Assembly: GCF_001618065.1 (NCBI RefSeq)
Contig: NZ_LAEI01000041.1
Span: forward strand, 196,948-228,947
Reading direction: 5' to 3'
DNA: 32,000 nucleotides
DNA from: Neisseria flavescens
GTDB lineage: Bacteria > Pseudomonadota > Gammaproteobacteria > Burkholderiales > Neisseriaceae
The notes under the pieces were generated by a model that was not told the DNA's origin, did no database searches, and saw only the letters and a program-made list of their open reading frames with translations. Both the position numbers and the translations under genes were made by a program. This document shows, in pieces, positions 23,262 to 31,410 of this stretch; position 1 is the first letter of the stretch, and each line of letters opens with the position of its first letter.

Positions 23262-24596
23262 TTAAAAAATTTGAAATAATTTTCTCTTCGAGTTCGATGT
23301 CTTTAATGTGTGTTTTTCCCTGTCTTGTGGGAATGCGGTTTCTTTCTCATCAAGCAAATCATCAAGTAATGTTTGCATGTTCAAATCATCAATTGCTTTT
23401 TGCTCTTCGTGTATATACTGAATCTTTTGTGTCTGATCTCTACAGTCGTATTGTTCAGGTTGTAAACCTTTGGGATAACCTTCAATGCCTTTTACAAGTT
23501 CATCGACAATTTTTGTATCATCCCAGCCTATATCGCGGAGGAAATTAACCATTTTTCCAACCTGATTACGCGCATGGAACAGTTTATGATCGAAAGATAA
23601 ATTTACTGTTTCTGTCTTGGCATCCATCCGCTTGGCTTCTGTTTTGAATATCGCCGTACATATCGGATAAGCACCGCCAAGATACGAACCGGAATAAAGC
23701 AAAACATCTAAGGGAATTTCTATATCGCCTGCCCGAAATTCAGTTTCAAACCTGACCCATGGACTGTTGACATCGCCAAATTGTTTTCCTTTCTCATAAA
23801 CGCGAGTGAATTTTGAATTGCCGCGTTTACCTACATAAAAGGTTTTGCCGCTACCATCATCATTGCGCCATGCAGTACCTCTACATTCGCTTTTTGGCCT
23901 CATGTTATGAACGTCAAAATGACCGTTATCATGATCAAGTAATGCCTGATCGGGTGTGTATTCGCCGTTAAAGAAATCATGGGCGACGTCAACACGGGTA
24001 ATTTTTGGACGTATGCACTTACTTAAAAACTCATACAGTCGGTTTTCCCAACCGGGTATAGCAGCCTGACAACCTGTACCATTCAATTCAACCAACATTG
24101 TTTCACGCTGACCGCCGTAATGAACCTTGCCATATTCGACGTTATCCGGACCAAGTTGGTAACAGCTTTTATAGAAAAACTTGCCTTTAAACGGTAGTTT
24201 TTGGGTAATGCCAAAACCTAAAATTTCTTCTAAAAGCTCGCTATACTTCACAACAAATTCTGTATCTGAAACCAATCCTTTGCCTGTTACTTTCGGTAAA
24301 CTGTCTTCGTGAATCGTGAAAGTGATTTGGTCAATAAATGCGCCGTCATCCCTGCCACGTCTTAAAGGTATTTCGATGAATTTGCCTTTTCCATCGGATA
24401 CGAAATGGCTGAAATATTCAAACTCAAAGTCTTGGTTATCCGATTTTTCCGCACCCTTCGGATTAGGGGTTTTATTTTGCTCCCCCCCTATTAGCCTAGG
24501 GGGGCAGCCTTCGGCGGTTGTCGCAGCCTTGCCGTCCGCTGGCGCGGCCGCCATGTCTGCGCCTACCGCCACGGCTTTATATTCCAAGGCTTTCAC
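23262..24596 (-). CDS. Rolling-circle replication initiator (Rep_trans / RstA / gene II family)
   Basis: ..ITRVDVAHDFFNG.., ..FYVGKRGNSKFTRVYEKGKQ.. and ..WVRFETEFR.. are typical of filamentous-phage replication initiators. The GTG start at 24596 has AAGGA 9 nt upstream. An alternative ATG is at 24554. Confidence 0.87.
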   Translation of the reverse strand: MKALEYKAVAVGADMAAAPADGKAATTAEGCPPRLIGGEQNKTPNPKGAEKSDNQDFEFEYFSHFVSDGKGKFIEIPLRRGRDDGAFIDQITFTIHEDSLPKVTGKGLVSDTEFVVKYSELLEEILGFGITQKLPFKGKFFYKSCYQLGPDNVEYGKVHYGGQRETMLVELNGTGCQAAIPGWENRLYEFLSKCIRPKITRVDVAHDFFNGEYTPDQALLDHDNGHFDVHNMRPKSECRGTAWRNDDGSGKTFYVGKRGNSKFTRVYEKGKQFGDVNSPWVRFETEFRAGDIEIPLDVLLYSGSYLGGAYPICTAIFKTEAKRMDAKTETVNLSFDHKLFHARNQVGKMVNFLRDIGWDDTKIVDELVKGIEGYPKGLQPEQYDCRDQTQKIQYIHEEQKAIDDLNMQTLLDDLLDEKETAFPQDREKHTLKTSNSKRKLFQIF

Positions 24597-24807
24597 GGTT
24601 GCATTCCTTATCCATCAATTCTTTTACAAACAATCTGCCGCATTCATACGCTTCGTTTTCGGTTTTTTGTTTCAAAGTCGGATTGCGGATAGGGAAACAA
24701 ACTGTTTTGATGCATTGGGATTCGTTGTCTTTATCCCTGAACACTTTCAAGATGTATGCTTTCGGGAAAGATAAGGGTTCGGGATTGACGGTATAGAAAA
24801 TAAACAT
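24577..24807 (-). CDS. Hypothetical 76-aa first ORF of the phage module
   Basis: ATG at 24807 with GAAGGGG 8-9 nt upstream. It overlaps the Rep GTG start by 20 nt. I recognise no family. Confidence 0.3.
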   Translation of the reverse strand: MFIFYTVNPEPLSFPKAYILKVFRDKDNESQCIKTVCFPIRNPTLKQKTENEAYECGRLFVKELMDKECNRESLGI

Positions 24808-24811
24808 GATT

Positions 24812-24843
24812 AAGCCCCTTCACTGGCTAGAGTTAAGGGGCTT
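24812..24843 (-). promoter_or_regulatory. 9-bp inverted repeat AAGCCCCTT-N14-AAGGGGCTT at the prophage edge
   Basis: Read directly from the sequence. The promoter-distal arm contains the Shine-Dalgarno-like GAAGGGG of the 76-aa ORF. Confidence 0.4.
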
Positions 24844-24961
24844 TACAAGAATTAAGAATATGCGCCCCTGATGGAACGCAATATATAAGGACGTTTGTCG
24901 GAGCTATTTTTAAGGAGAAGTAATTTATCTGCCGGATAAACAGGCATTTAAAACATAAACC

Positions 24962-24994
24962 AAAGGCCGTCTGAAAACGTTCAGACGGCCTTTT
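24962..24994. terminator. Inverted DUS pair, terminator of the T1SS operon
   Basis: AAAGGCCGTCTGAA / TTCAGACGGCCTTTT, 10 nt after the hlyD stop. Confidence 0.75.
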
Positions 24995-25004
24995 ATCGTT
25001 TTAT

Positions 25005-26234
25005 CTAGCGTTCGCTCAACGCTTGTTTCATACGAGTAATCGGTTTGATCAGGTATTGGAAGATGGTTTTTTCACCGGTTTTGATGTCCACCGTTGCAAC
25101 CATGCCCGGAATAATCGGCATAGGTTTGCCGTTTTTGTCTTTCAGGGAGTTGTTTTCGGTTTGGACGAGAACACGGTAATAGACTTGGTTCGGGTCGAGT
25201 TTCAGGTCGTTGGCACGGTTTTGCATGGAGTTGCTGACGGTATCGGCACCAACGAGGGTAACTTTGCCTTCCAAACCGCCGTAGATGGAGTAGTCGTAGG
25301 CGCTGACTTTAACCAATGCAGGTTGGCCTGCGCGGATAAAGGCGATGTCTTGCGGACGGATATAGGCTTCGACCAGCAGTTTGTCGTCAACCGGGACGAT
25401 TTGCATGATGTCTTCGCCTGCGTTCACAACGCCGCCGATGGTGGTGACTTTTATGCCTTTGACGATGCCGCGCATAGGCGCGCGGATTTGCGAGCGTTCA
25501 ACCGGGTCGGCACGCATGGCAACGTTTTCTTTGGATTGCGCCAGCTCAGATTCGGCTTGCAAGAGTTCGTTGTTGGCATCGGCTTTGTAGCGGTTGCGGC
25601 GTTCGGAGATTTGGGTGGCCAAATCTGCAGAATCACGGCGCATTCTTAAAAGTTCGACTTCGGAAACCACGCCTTCGGCAACCATAGGTGCGGTAATGGC
25701 GATTTCGCGGTCAAGCGCGGCCTTGCTTTGGGAGAGGCCGCTGACGGCGTCGGTCATGGCTTGACGGCGTGCTTTGTAGGCGGCGATTTCGCGACGGCGA
25801 AGCTCAGGGCCCACGCTGTCAGGGAAGGAGAGCTTGGTGCCGTAGGCCTCGGCTTTAAGTCGGGCAACGGTGGCTTCGAGGTTTTCGACTTTGGCTTCGC
25901 TTTCTCGTAAAACGGCGGAGCTGCGCGTGTCGTCGAGTTTCATCAGAATCTGATCTTTCTCGACCATGTCGCCTTCTTTAACCATGATTTCGGTTACGAT
26001 GCCGGGGTCGAGGCTTTGGATGACTTGCTCACGGCTGCTGGGAATGATATTGCCGTTGCCGCGGGTCACTTCTTCGACAGGACTGTTGTATGCCCAGACG
26101 ACGAAGACAACCAGGAAAAGGAAGAATAGGATGATGACCCAAAATTGGCCGCTGTGTTTTTCTTTTTGAAGGGCGGCATTGAGGTCGTTGATGAGGTGTA
26201 GGTCTTTGGATTTGACGTTGTTTTCGCGGCTCAT
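25005..26234 (-). CDS. HlyD-family type I secretion membrane-fusion protein
   Basis: 409 aa with a single N-terminal transmembrane segment (FWVIILFFLFLVVFVVWAY). It has a long coiled-coil middle and a C-terminal barrel-sandwich segment (..GMVATVDIKTGEKTIFQYLIKP..). Confidence 0.92.
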   Translation of the reverse strand: MSRENNVKSKDLHLINDLNAALQKEKHSGQFWVIILFFLFLVVFVVWAYNSPVEEVTRGNGNIIPSSREQVIQSLDPGIVTEIMVKEGDMVEKDQILMKLDDTRSSAVLRESEAKVENLEATVARLKAEAYGTKLSFPDSVGPELRRREIAAYKARRQAMTDAVSGLSQSKAALDREIAITAPMVAEGVVSEVELLRMRRDSADLATQISERRNRYKADANNELLQAESELAQSKENVAMRADPVERSQIRAPMRGIVKGIKVTTIGGVVNAGEDIMQIVPVDDKLLVEAYIRPQDIAFIRAGQPALVKVSAYDYSIYGGLEGKVTLVGADTVSNSMQNRANDLKLDPNQVYYRVLVQTENNSLKDKNGKPMPIIPGMVATVDIKTGEKTIFQYLIKPITRMKQALSER

Positions 26235-26279
26235 AATCGTGTATCTTTATTGTGTTTGGTGGATTTTAACCATTAGGGC

Positions 26280-26316
26280 AGGCCGTCTGAAAGAGTAAGT
26301 AGGTTTCAGACGGCCT
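26280..26316. repeat. Inverted DUS pair inside the T1SS operon (between the ABC and MFP genes)
   Basis: AGGCCGTCTGAAA / TTTCAGACGGCCT with an 11-nt loop. The T-run is on the plus strand only, so read-through on the coding (minus) strand is plausible. Confidence 0.7.
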
Positions 26317-26322
26317 TTTGCT

Positions 26323-28539
26323 TTATTGTGCTGCTGATTGAGGGGCGGCGGCAGCTTGTTGTTGCTGCTGTTTGACTGCAGCAGCTTGTTGCTGTTGTTG
26401 TTTGACGTTGGCTGCTTTGGCCTGTTCGTTTTGCATGAGTTTTTGCAATACCAAGTCACGCGGGCCGTCCATCACGACTTTACCATTGTCCATCACAATG
26501 ATGCGGTTGACGATTTGCAGCACTTGCGGACGGTGCGTCACCAAAAGCATGGTGCGGTTGCGGCCCCATTGTGCAATGGCATTGAGCGCCATACGCTCAG
26601 TGGCTTGGTCCAGGCTGGTGGTCGGCTCGTCCAGCAAGACGACTTTCGGGTTGCGCAAGGTCATGCGCGCCAAGGCGATGATTTGTTTTTGACCGCCGGA
26701 CAAGCCCAAACCGTCTTCACCCAGAGGCATATCCAAACCACGCGGATGGTTGCGGATGATTTTGTCGAGGCCGAAGCGGTTGAGCGCAGTCAGTAAGTCT
26801 TGGTCGGTAGAGTAACTGCCGGTACGCGCCAAGTCCATATTTTCACGTAATGTACCAAGGAACAGGCGTGGCGATTGGCTTAACAGCAGAACTTGATCGC
26901 GCAGGAAGTTGGGATCCAGCTGGCGCATATCGACGCCGTCAAGGGTAACGTTGCCTTTTTCAGTGTCGTACAGACCGCTGGCCAGTTTGAGCATGGTACT
27001 TTTACCGCTGCCGATACGGCCCAAAATACCGACTTTTTCGCCCGGTTTGATGGTTAGGCGCAAATCTTCGACGGCGCTGTTGTTGTCGGCTTGATATTTG
27101 AACGATACGTTTTCAAAGGTAATACTGCCTTGAACATTGTCCAAAGTAATGTATTTGCGTTCCGGATTGCGCTCTATAGGGCGGGTAACGATGTCGTTTA
27201 CGCCTTTGAGGGCAAGTTTGGCCTGTTGGAAGCGGGTGGCCAAACCGGCGATTTGTGCCAATGGCGCCAAGGCGCGGCCGGACAGAATCACGGAGGCAAT
27301 CAATGCACCCATGGTGATGCGTTCTGCATGGTTGTCGGCGTGAATCAAATAGGTACCGACAACGACCAAGAAGACGGTATTGAGCTGCTGCATAGCAACG
27401 GCGAAGTTGACCATGAAGTTGCTGGTGTCTTTGACTTTGATGGAAGAAGCGGAAGTTTTGGCGGTGTATTCATCCCAACGTTGTTGCGCCCAAGATGTGG
27501 CGTTGTTGGTTTTCAGGGTTTCGATGCCTTCGATGGCTTCAACGGCAAGGCCGGAGCGTTGCGAACCTTCTTTCATCGATTCGTTGATGTGGCGAGAGAG
27601 CGGGCGTTGTACGACAAAACCGACAATCACGACAATCGGAATGATGGTCAGGGGAACAAGTGCCAGTTTGCCGCCGACCATGGAAATCACGAAGATAAAC
27701 AGCAACAGGAAAGGCAAGTCGACAATAGTCAACAAGCTGGCACTGGTCATAAACTCGCGCACGGCTTCAAATTCGCGCAGGTTGCTGGCGTATGAACCGG
27801 AAGAAGCTGGACGGTCTGCCAGACGTAATGCCATCACGCGGCGGAACAGGGCGGAGCTGATGATCAGGTCGGCTTTTTTGCCGGCAATATCGGTCAAATG
27901 ACCGCGAATCATCTTGGCGGCAAACTCAAACAAAATTGCCAAGACCACGCCGATGCTCAAAACCCACAAGGTTTCATAGGCTTGGTTGGGAATCACGCGG
28001 TCGTACACGTTCATCACATACAGGGAGCTGACGAGTGCAAGGAAGTTGATGATGATGGTGGCCAAGATGACTTGGTAGTAGTAGCTGCGGAAACGCCAAA
28101 TGACTTTCCAAAACCATGCTTTGGGCAAATGGTATTCAGGCAGCTCCGAGCGCATATCGGTAGCCATTTTTGGTTTGATAAACCAGCAGTAGCCCAAATA
28201 CAGGCCGGAGAGCTGCTCATGACTGAGTTCTTGTTCCAAACCGTCAACCTGGCGGATATGGTATTTGCGCTCTTGTCCTGAGCCTTCGATTTGGGTGATG
28301 ACCGCAGCTTCTTCGTTGTGCAGGATAATCATGACCGGCACGGCAAGCGAGGGGATGTCTTCCAGATTGCGTTTGGATAAGGTGTTTTCAAAGCCGTGGC
28401 TGCGCAGGACTTCGACCAGCGAGTGATAGTTGACCTTGAGCTTTTTGTCGCGCACGACTTCGGCGGACAAAGCGGCTTCGGATACGGGCGCACCCAAAAG
28501 GCGGGTCACTAAAACAATGTGTTCAATGATGGCTTTCAT
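26323..28539 (-). CDS. Type I secretion ABC transporter (permease/ATPase) with an N-terminal C39-like domain lacking the catalytic Cys
   Basis: 738 aa. Motifs are Walker A GRIGSGKST, signature LSGGQKQ, Walker B VVLLDEPT and H-loop LLVTHR. There are six transmembrane segments. The roughly 130-aa N-terminal domain resembles a peptidase-C39 fold but has no N-terminal cysteine (HlyB/LssB type). Confidence 0.93.
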   Translation of the reverse strand: MKAIIEHIVLVTRLLGAPVSEAALSAEVVRDKKLKVNYHSLVEVLRSHGFENTLSKRNLEDIPSLAVPVMIILHNEEAAVITQIEGSGQERKYHIRQVDGLEQELSHEQLSGLYLGYCWFIKPKMATDMRSELPEYHLPKAWFWKVIWRFRSYYYQVILATIIINFLALVSSLYVMNVYDRVIPNQAYETLWVLSIGVVLAILFEFAAKMIRGHLTDIAGKKADLIISSALFRRVMALRLADRPASSGSYASNLREFEAVREFMTSASLLTIVDLPFLLLFIFVISMVGGKLALVPLTIIPIVVIVGFVVQRPLSRHINESMKEGSQRSGLAVEAIEGIETLKTNNATSWAQQRWDEYTAKTSASSIKVKDTSNFMVNFAVAMQQLNTVFLVVVGTYLIHADNHAERITMGALIASVILSGRALAPLAQIAGLATRFQQAKLALKGVNDIVTRPIERNPERKYITLDNVQGSITFENVSFKYQADNNSAVEDLRLTIKPGEKVGILGRIGSGKSTMLKLASGLYDTEKGNVTLDGVDMRQLDPNFLRDQVLLLSQSPRLFLGTLRENMDLARTGSYSTDQDLLTALNRFGLDKIIRNHPRGLDMPLGEDGLGLSGGQKQIIALARMTLRNPKVVLLDEPTTSLDQATERMALNAIAQWGRNRTMLLVTHRPQVLQIVNRIIVMDNGKVVMDGPRDLVLQKLMQNEQAKAANVKQQQQQAAAVKQQQQQAAAAPQSAAQ
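26348..26407 (-). repeat. 2 x 30-nt imperfect tandem repeat (25/30 identical) encoding a VKQQQQQAAA x2 tail
   Basis: Units 26348-26377 and 26378-26407 were compared base by base. They lie in the last roughly 30 codons of the ABC transporter. Confidence 0.8.
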
Positions 28540-28582
28540 ATTTTTTCGCGTAATGTTTTTGGTTTAACCGGCGGATATGGCT

Positions 28583-29851
28583 TTATTTTTGTGCCAAACC
28601 GACCCAGGCGGAGATCTTGGCCTGGGTATTTAAATAGTCGAGCGCCGCATCGCGGAAATCGTTGCGGGCGGCAACATAATCCTGCTCGATGGAGGATAAC
28701 TCGCTGTATGCGCTCAAAACGTCGGTCAGCGTACGTCGGGCGATTTTAAACTGCAATTCGTACACTTTGATGACTTCTTTTTGGGCGGCAATGTGTTGCG
28801 CCGTCAGCGCGGTACGCTGTTCGCTTTCCTGCATATCGATGGCGGATGTTTGAATGCGTTCGTTCATGTCGCGCAGGATTTGTTCGGACTTGGCTTCTGC
28901 GGCAATCAATGATTTGGCATTGCGTTCTACATTGTGTCGTGCAGCAATATCCAACACATTCCATGCAACGTTTAAATAAAGCTGTCTGGTGTTACGCGTT
29001 GCACTGCCTTCTAAATTAAGGGCAGGCAGGCGTTCGGCTTTGGAAGCGTCCAAATCGGCACGGACGCTGTCGCGCTCGGCCAATTGCGCCTGATAGGACG
29101 GATTGTTGTTGCGGTTGGGGTTGTTGAAGCGTTCGCTGATGGATTTCGCCGTGTCGTTTTTAAACGGATCTTCCAAATCGTTGGCAGTCAGCTGGCGCGA
29201 GGTATAGCGGGACAGGCGGCTCAGTGCCAAATCCATGGTGCGGCGTTGTTGGGCGATGATGTTTGCCACTTGCAGTTGGCGCGCGCGCGCTTCAATCAGT
29301 TCGGAACGGCGGCCGGCATCATATTTGACGATGGTATCCAAGTCTTTTAAGAGGTTGTTGTGGCGCGCCAAAGTCTGCTCGTTGAGGAGCAGGGTTTCTT
29401 TTGCACGCAATGCGCTCAGGTAGAGGCGGCCAATATCGCTGCCCAGCTGCTCTTGGCTTTCGGTGTATTTGTGTTGATAGTATTCTTCGCGGCTGCGGTC
29501 GCGGCGGACGGCGGCTTCAATCGCACCCCATGAGTAAATGTTCACGCTGCCGCGCACACCGATACCGTCATCCATATCGTTGCTGTTGTATTTATTGTGT
29601 TGCGCCAGCACTTTCGTGCCGGTCAGGGTAACGACAGGATAATGGCGCGCACGCGTGGCTTTGGTTGTGCTTTGCGCTGCTTCTTGAGTGGCTTTGGCTT
29701 CACGCACAATCGGGTCGTTGATTAAAGCGTCCCTGAGGATGTCTTGCAGGCTGTATGCAGAGGCCGTCTGAAACGGCAGCAGACAGCAGGCGACGACAAT
29801 GGCCGATGACAATAAACGGGGCTTTGTGGGGGAAGAATAAATATGCGACAT
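28583..29851 (-). CDS. tolC: TolC-family type I secretion outer-membrane protein
   Basis: 422 aa with a signal peptide (..ACCLLPFQTASA|YS). The N-terminus SLQDILRDALINDPIVREA.. is typical of TolC, and the alpha/beta structure is repeated. Confidence 0.88.
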   Translation of the reverse strand: MSHIYSSPTKPRLLSSAIVVACCLLPFQTASAYSLQDILRDALINDPIVREAKATQEAAQSTTKATRARHYPVVTLTGTKVLAQHNKYNSNDMDDGIGVRGSVNIYSWGAIEAAVRRDRSREEYYQHKYTESQEQLGSDIGRLYLSALRAKETLLLNEQTLARHNNLLKDLDTIVKYDAGRRSELIEARARQLQVANIIAQQRRTMDLALSRLSRYTSRQLTANDLEDPFKNDTAKSISERFNNPNRNNNPSYQAQLAERDSVRADLDASKAERLPALNLEGSATRNTRQLYLNVAWNVLDIAARHNVERNAKSLIAAEAKSEQILRDMNERIQTSAIDMQESEQRTALTAQHIAAQKEVIKVYELQFKIARRTLTDVLSAYSELSSIEQDYVAARNDFRDAALDYLNTQAKISAWVGLAQK

Positions 29852-30073
29852 GATTTTTAACCAAATAATTTATATATTATCGTTGTCCGTATCGGGTATC
29901 ACCTGAGGCATGACCGGGCGAATTTTGAACGAGAACACATACATTTACAAAGCATAGAGCATTTTTTCCAGCTTTTCACAATATTCTGATAAAAGGTCAA
30001 GATACATGCCTTAAAGTATATTATTGCAGAGCGCGACTATCGTATCTAATGATTTTAATGTAAAAAATCTATC

Positions 30074-30110
30074 AAAAAGGCCGTCTGAAAGGATTTCAGA
30101 CGGCCTTTTT
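30074..30110. terminator. Inverted DUS pair, rsmB terminator
   Basis: AAAAAGGCCGTCTGAAA / TTTCAGACGGCCTTTTT form a 17-bp stem. Confidence 0.8.
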
Positions 30111-30115
30111 CAACC

Positions 30116-31375
30116 TTAATCCTTACGCTGCAATACAGCGGCAAAGAAGCCGTCGGTTTGGTGTTCTCCGGAGTTGAGACGCAGGTATTTTCCGGTATCC
30201 AAATCAACCTTCAGGCTTTGCAGCAGTTCGGCGCAGTTGACGAGTTCAAATTCGGGATGTTCGGACAGGAAACGTTCGACTTGCAGCTCGTTTTCTTCCG
30301 GTAACACGCTGCAGGTGGCGTACACCAAGCGGCCTTGCGGTTTTACCAGTTTGGAGGCGGCATCGAGGATGCTGTGTTGCTGTTTCAAAAGGTTAGCCAC
30401 GGTCTCGGCGGATTGGCGGTATTTGAGGTCGGGATTGCGGCGTAAAGTACCCAAACCGGAGCAGGGCGCGTCCACCAACACGCGGTCGGCTTTGCCTGCC
30501 AGTCGGGCGATACGGGCATCGTGTTCGCTGCTGATACGTTCGGGGTGGATGTTGGTCAGTCCGGCGCGGGTCATGCGCGGTTTGAGGTTGGCAAGGCGTT
30601 TTTCGGCAATGTCGAAGGCGTAGATTCTGCCTTTATTGGCCATTTGCGCACCGACAGCCAAGGTTTTACCGCCGGCGCCGGCACAGAAATCGACAATGAT
30701 TTCGCCACGTTTTGCGCCTACCAATAAGGCAAGCAGCTGGCTGCCTTCGTCTTGGACTTCCAGCGTGCCGTCCAAAAACAGCTCATGTTTGTTAAGCGCG
30801 ATTTTGTTTTTCAGGCGGATGCCCCAAGGTGAATAAGGCGTTGCCTCTGCATCGGCACTTTCGGCTTGCAACAGCGGCAGCACTTTATCTCGTTTGCCTT
30901 TCAAGGTATTGACGCGGATGTCGAGCGGGGCAGGTTGGTTGATGCTGCGGCCGAAGGCGAGGATTTCTTCTTCGCTCCAATGCTGTTGCAGTTGTTCCAC
31001 CAGCCATTGCGGCAATTCTGCGGCGGTATTCAGGCCGTCTGAAAACTCGGTTTTGCGGGCTTTCAAATTGCCGAGAAACTCTGTTTCTTCTTCATCAAGC
31101 AGGTCTTTGATTTGGCTGATATTGGTGCTTCTGCCGAGAACCAGTGCGGCAAGTGCGGCTTTGCGCGGCTGCGCGTGCGGACGGCGCAGGGCGGTACTGA
31201 TTTTTTGATAGTGTCGCAGCGCGGCAAAGGCGGTTTCGGCAATTTCGTGGCGGTCTTGGCGGCCGAGCTTTTTGTGTTCGCGGAAATAGGCGGAGAGGAC
31301 GGCATCGGAAGGCTGTTTGAAAGTCAGCATTTCAGCCAAAACTTTGGCGGTATGGTCGAGTTGTGCGGCGTTCAT
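30116..31375 (-). CDS. rsmB: RsmB/Sun-family 16S rRNA m5C methyltransferase, 419 aa
   Basis: It has a NusB-like N-terminal domain. SAM methyltransferase motifs are DFCAGAGGKT, DAPCSGLGTLRRNPD and YATCS. The start is taken at M25 (ATG 31375), because the longer track ORF would overlap the upstream gene. Confidence 0.85.
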   Translation of the reverse strand: MNAAQLDHTAKVLAEMLTFKQPSDAVLSAYFREHKKLGRQDRHEIAETAFAALRHYQKISTALRRPHAQPRKAALAALVLGRSTNISQIKDLLDEEETEFLGNLKARKTEFSDGLNTAAELPQWLVEQLQQHWSEEEILAFGRSINQPAPLDIRVNTLKGKRDKVLPLLQAESADAEATPYSPWGIRLKNKIALNKHELFLDGTLEVQDEGSQLLALLVGAKRGEIIVDFCAGAGGKTLAVGAQMANKGRIYAFDIAEKRLANLKPRMTRAGLTNIHPERISSEHDARIARLAGKADRVLVDAPCSGLGTLRRNPDLKYRQSAETVANLLKQQHSILDAASKLVKPQGRLVYATCSVLPEENELQVERFLSEHPEFELVNCAELLQSLKVDLDTGKYLRLNSGEHQTDGFFAAVLQRKD

Positions 31376-31410
31376 AATGTAATGGGTTCTCTTAAAGTTG
31401 GTAAATGGTT

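Larger units (their letters stand above)
17464..24843 (-). mobile_element. Nf/MDA-like filamentous (Inoviridae) prophage with an IS110-family recombinase; the exact ends were not determined
   Basis: A co-linear minus-strand module runs Rep, putative ssDNA-binding protein, major coat, minor coats, pIII-like protein, g6-like protein, Zot-like ATPase and DEDD recombinase. It is visibly more AT-rich than the flanks. There is no secretin gene. It is inserted between the prfH terminator and the hlyD terminator. Confidence 0.8.

Noticed and set aside
22937-23548. A 203-aa plus-strand ORF spanning the g5-like gene and the Rep 3' end. The same applies to 24316..24774(+) and 24518..24796(+).
   Set aside because: All are antisense to a tightly packed, co-oriented phage operon with well-supported genes. 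They have no start context or family resemblance.
26335-26410. A repeat-rich stretch that could superficially suggest a CRISPR or VNTR locus.
   Set aside because: There are only two adjacent 30-nt units with no spacers, and they are in frame within the ABC transporter 3' end. It is a coding tandem repeat, not a CRISPR array.
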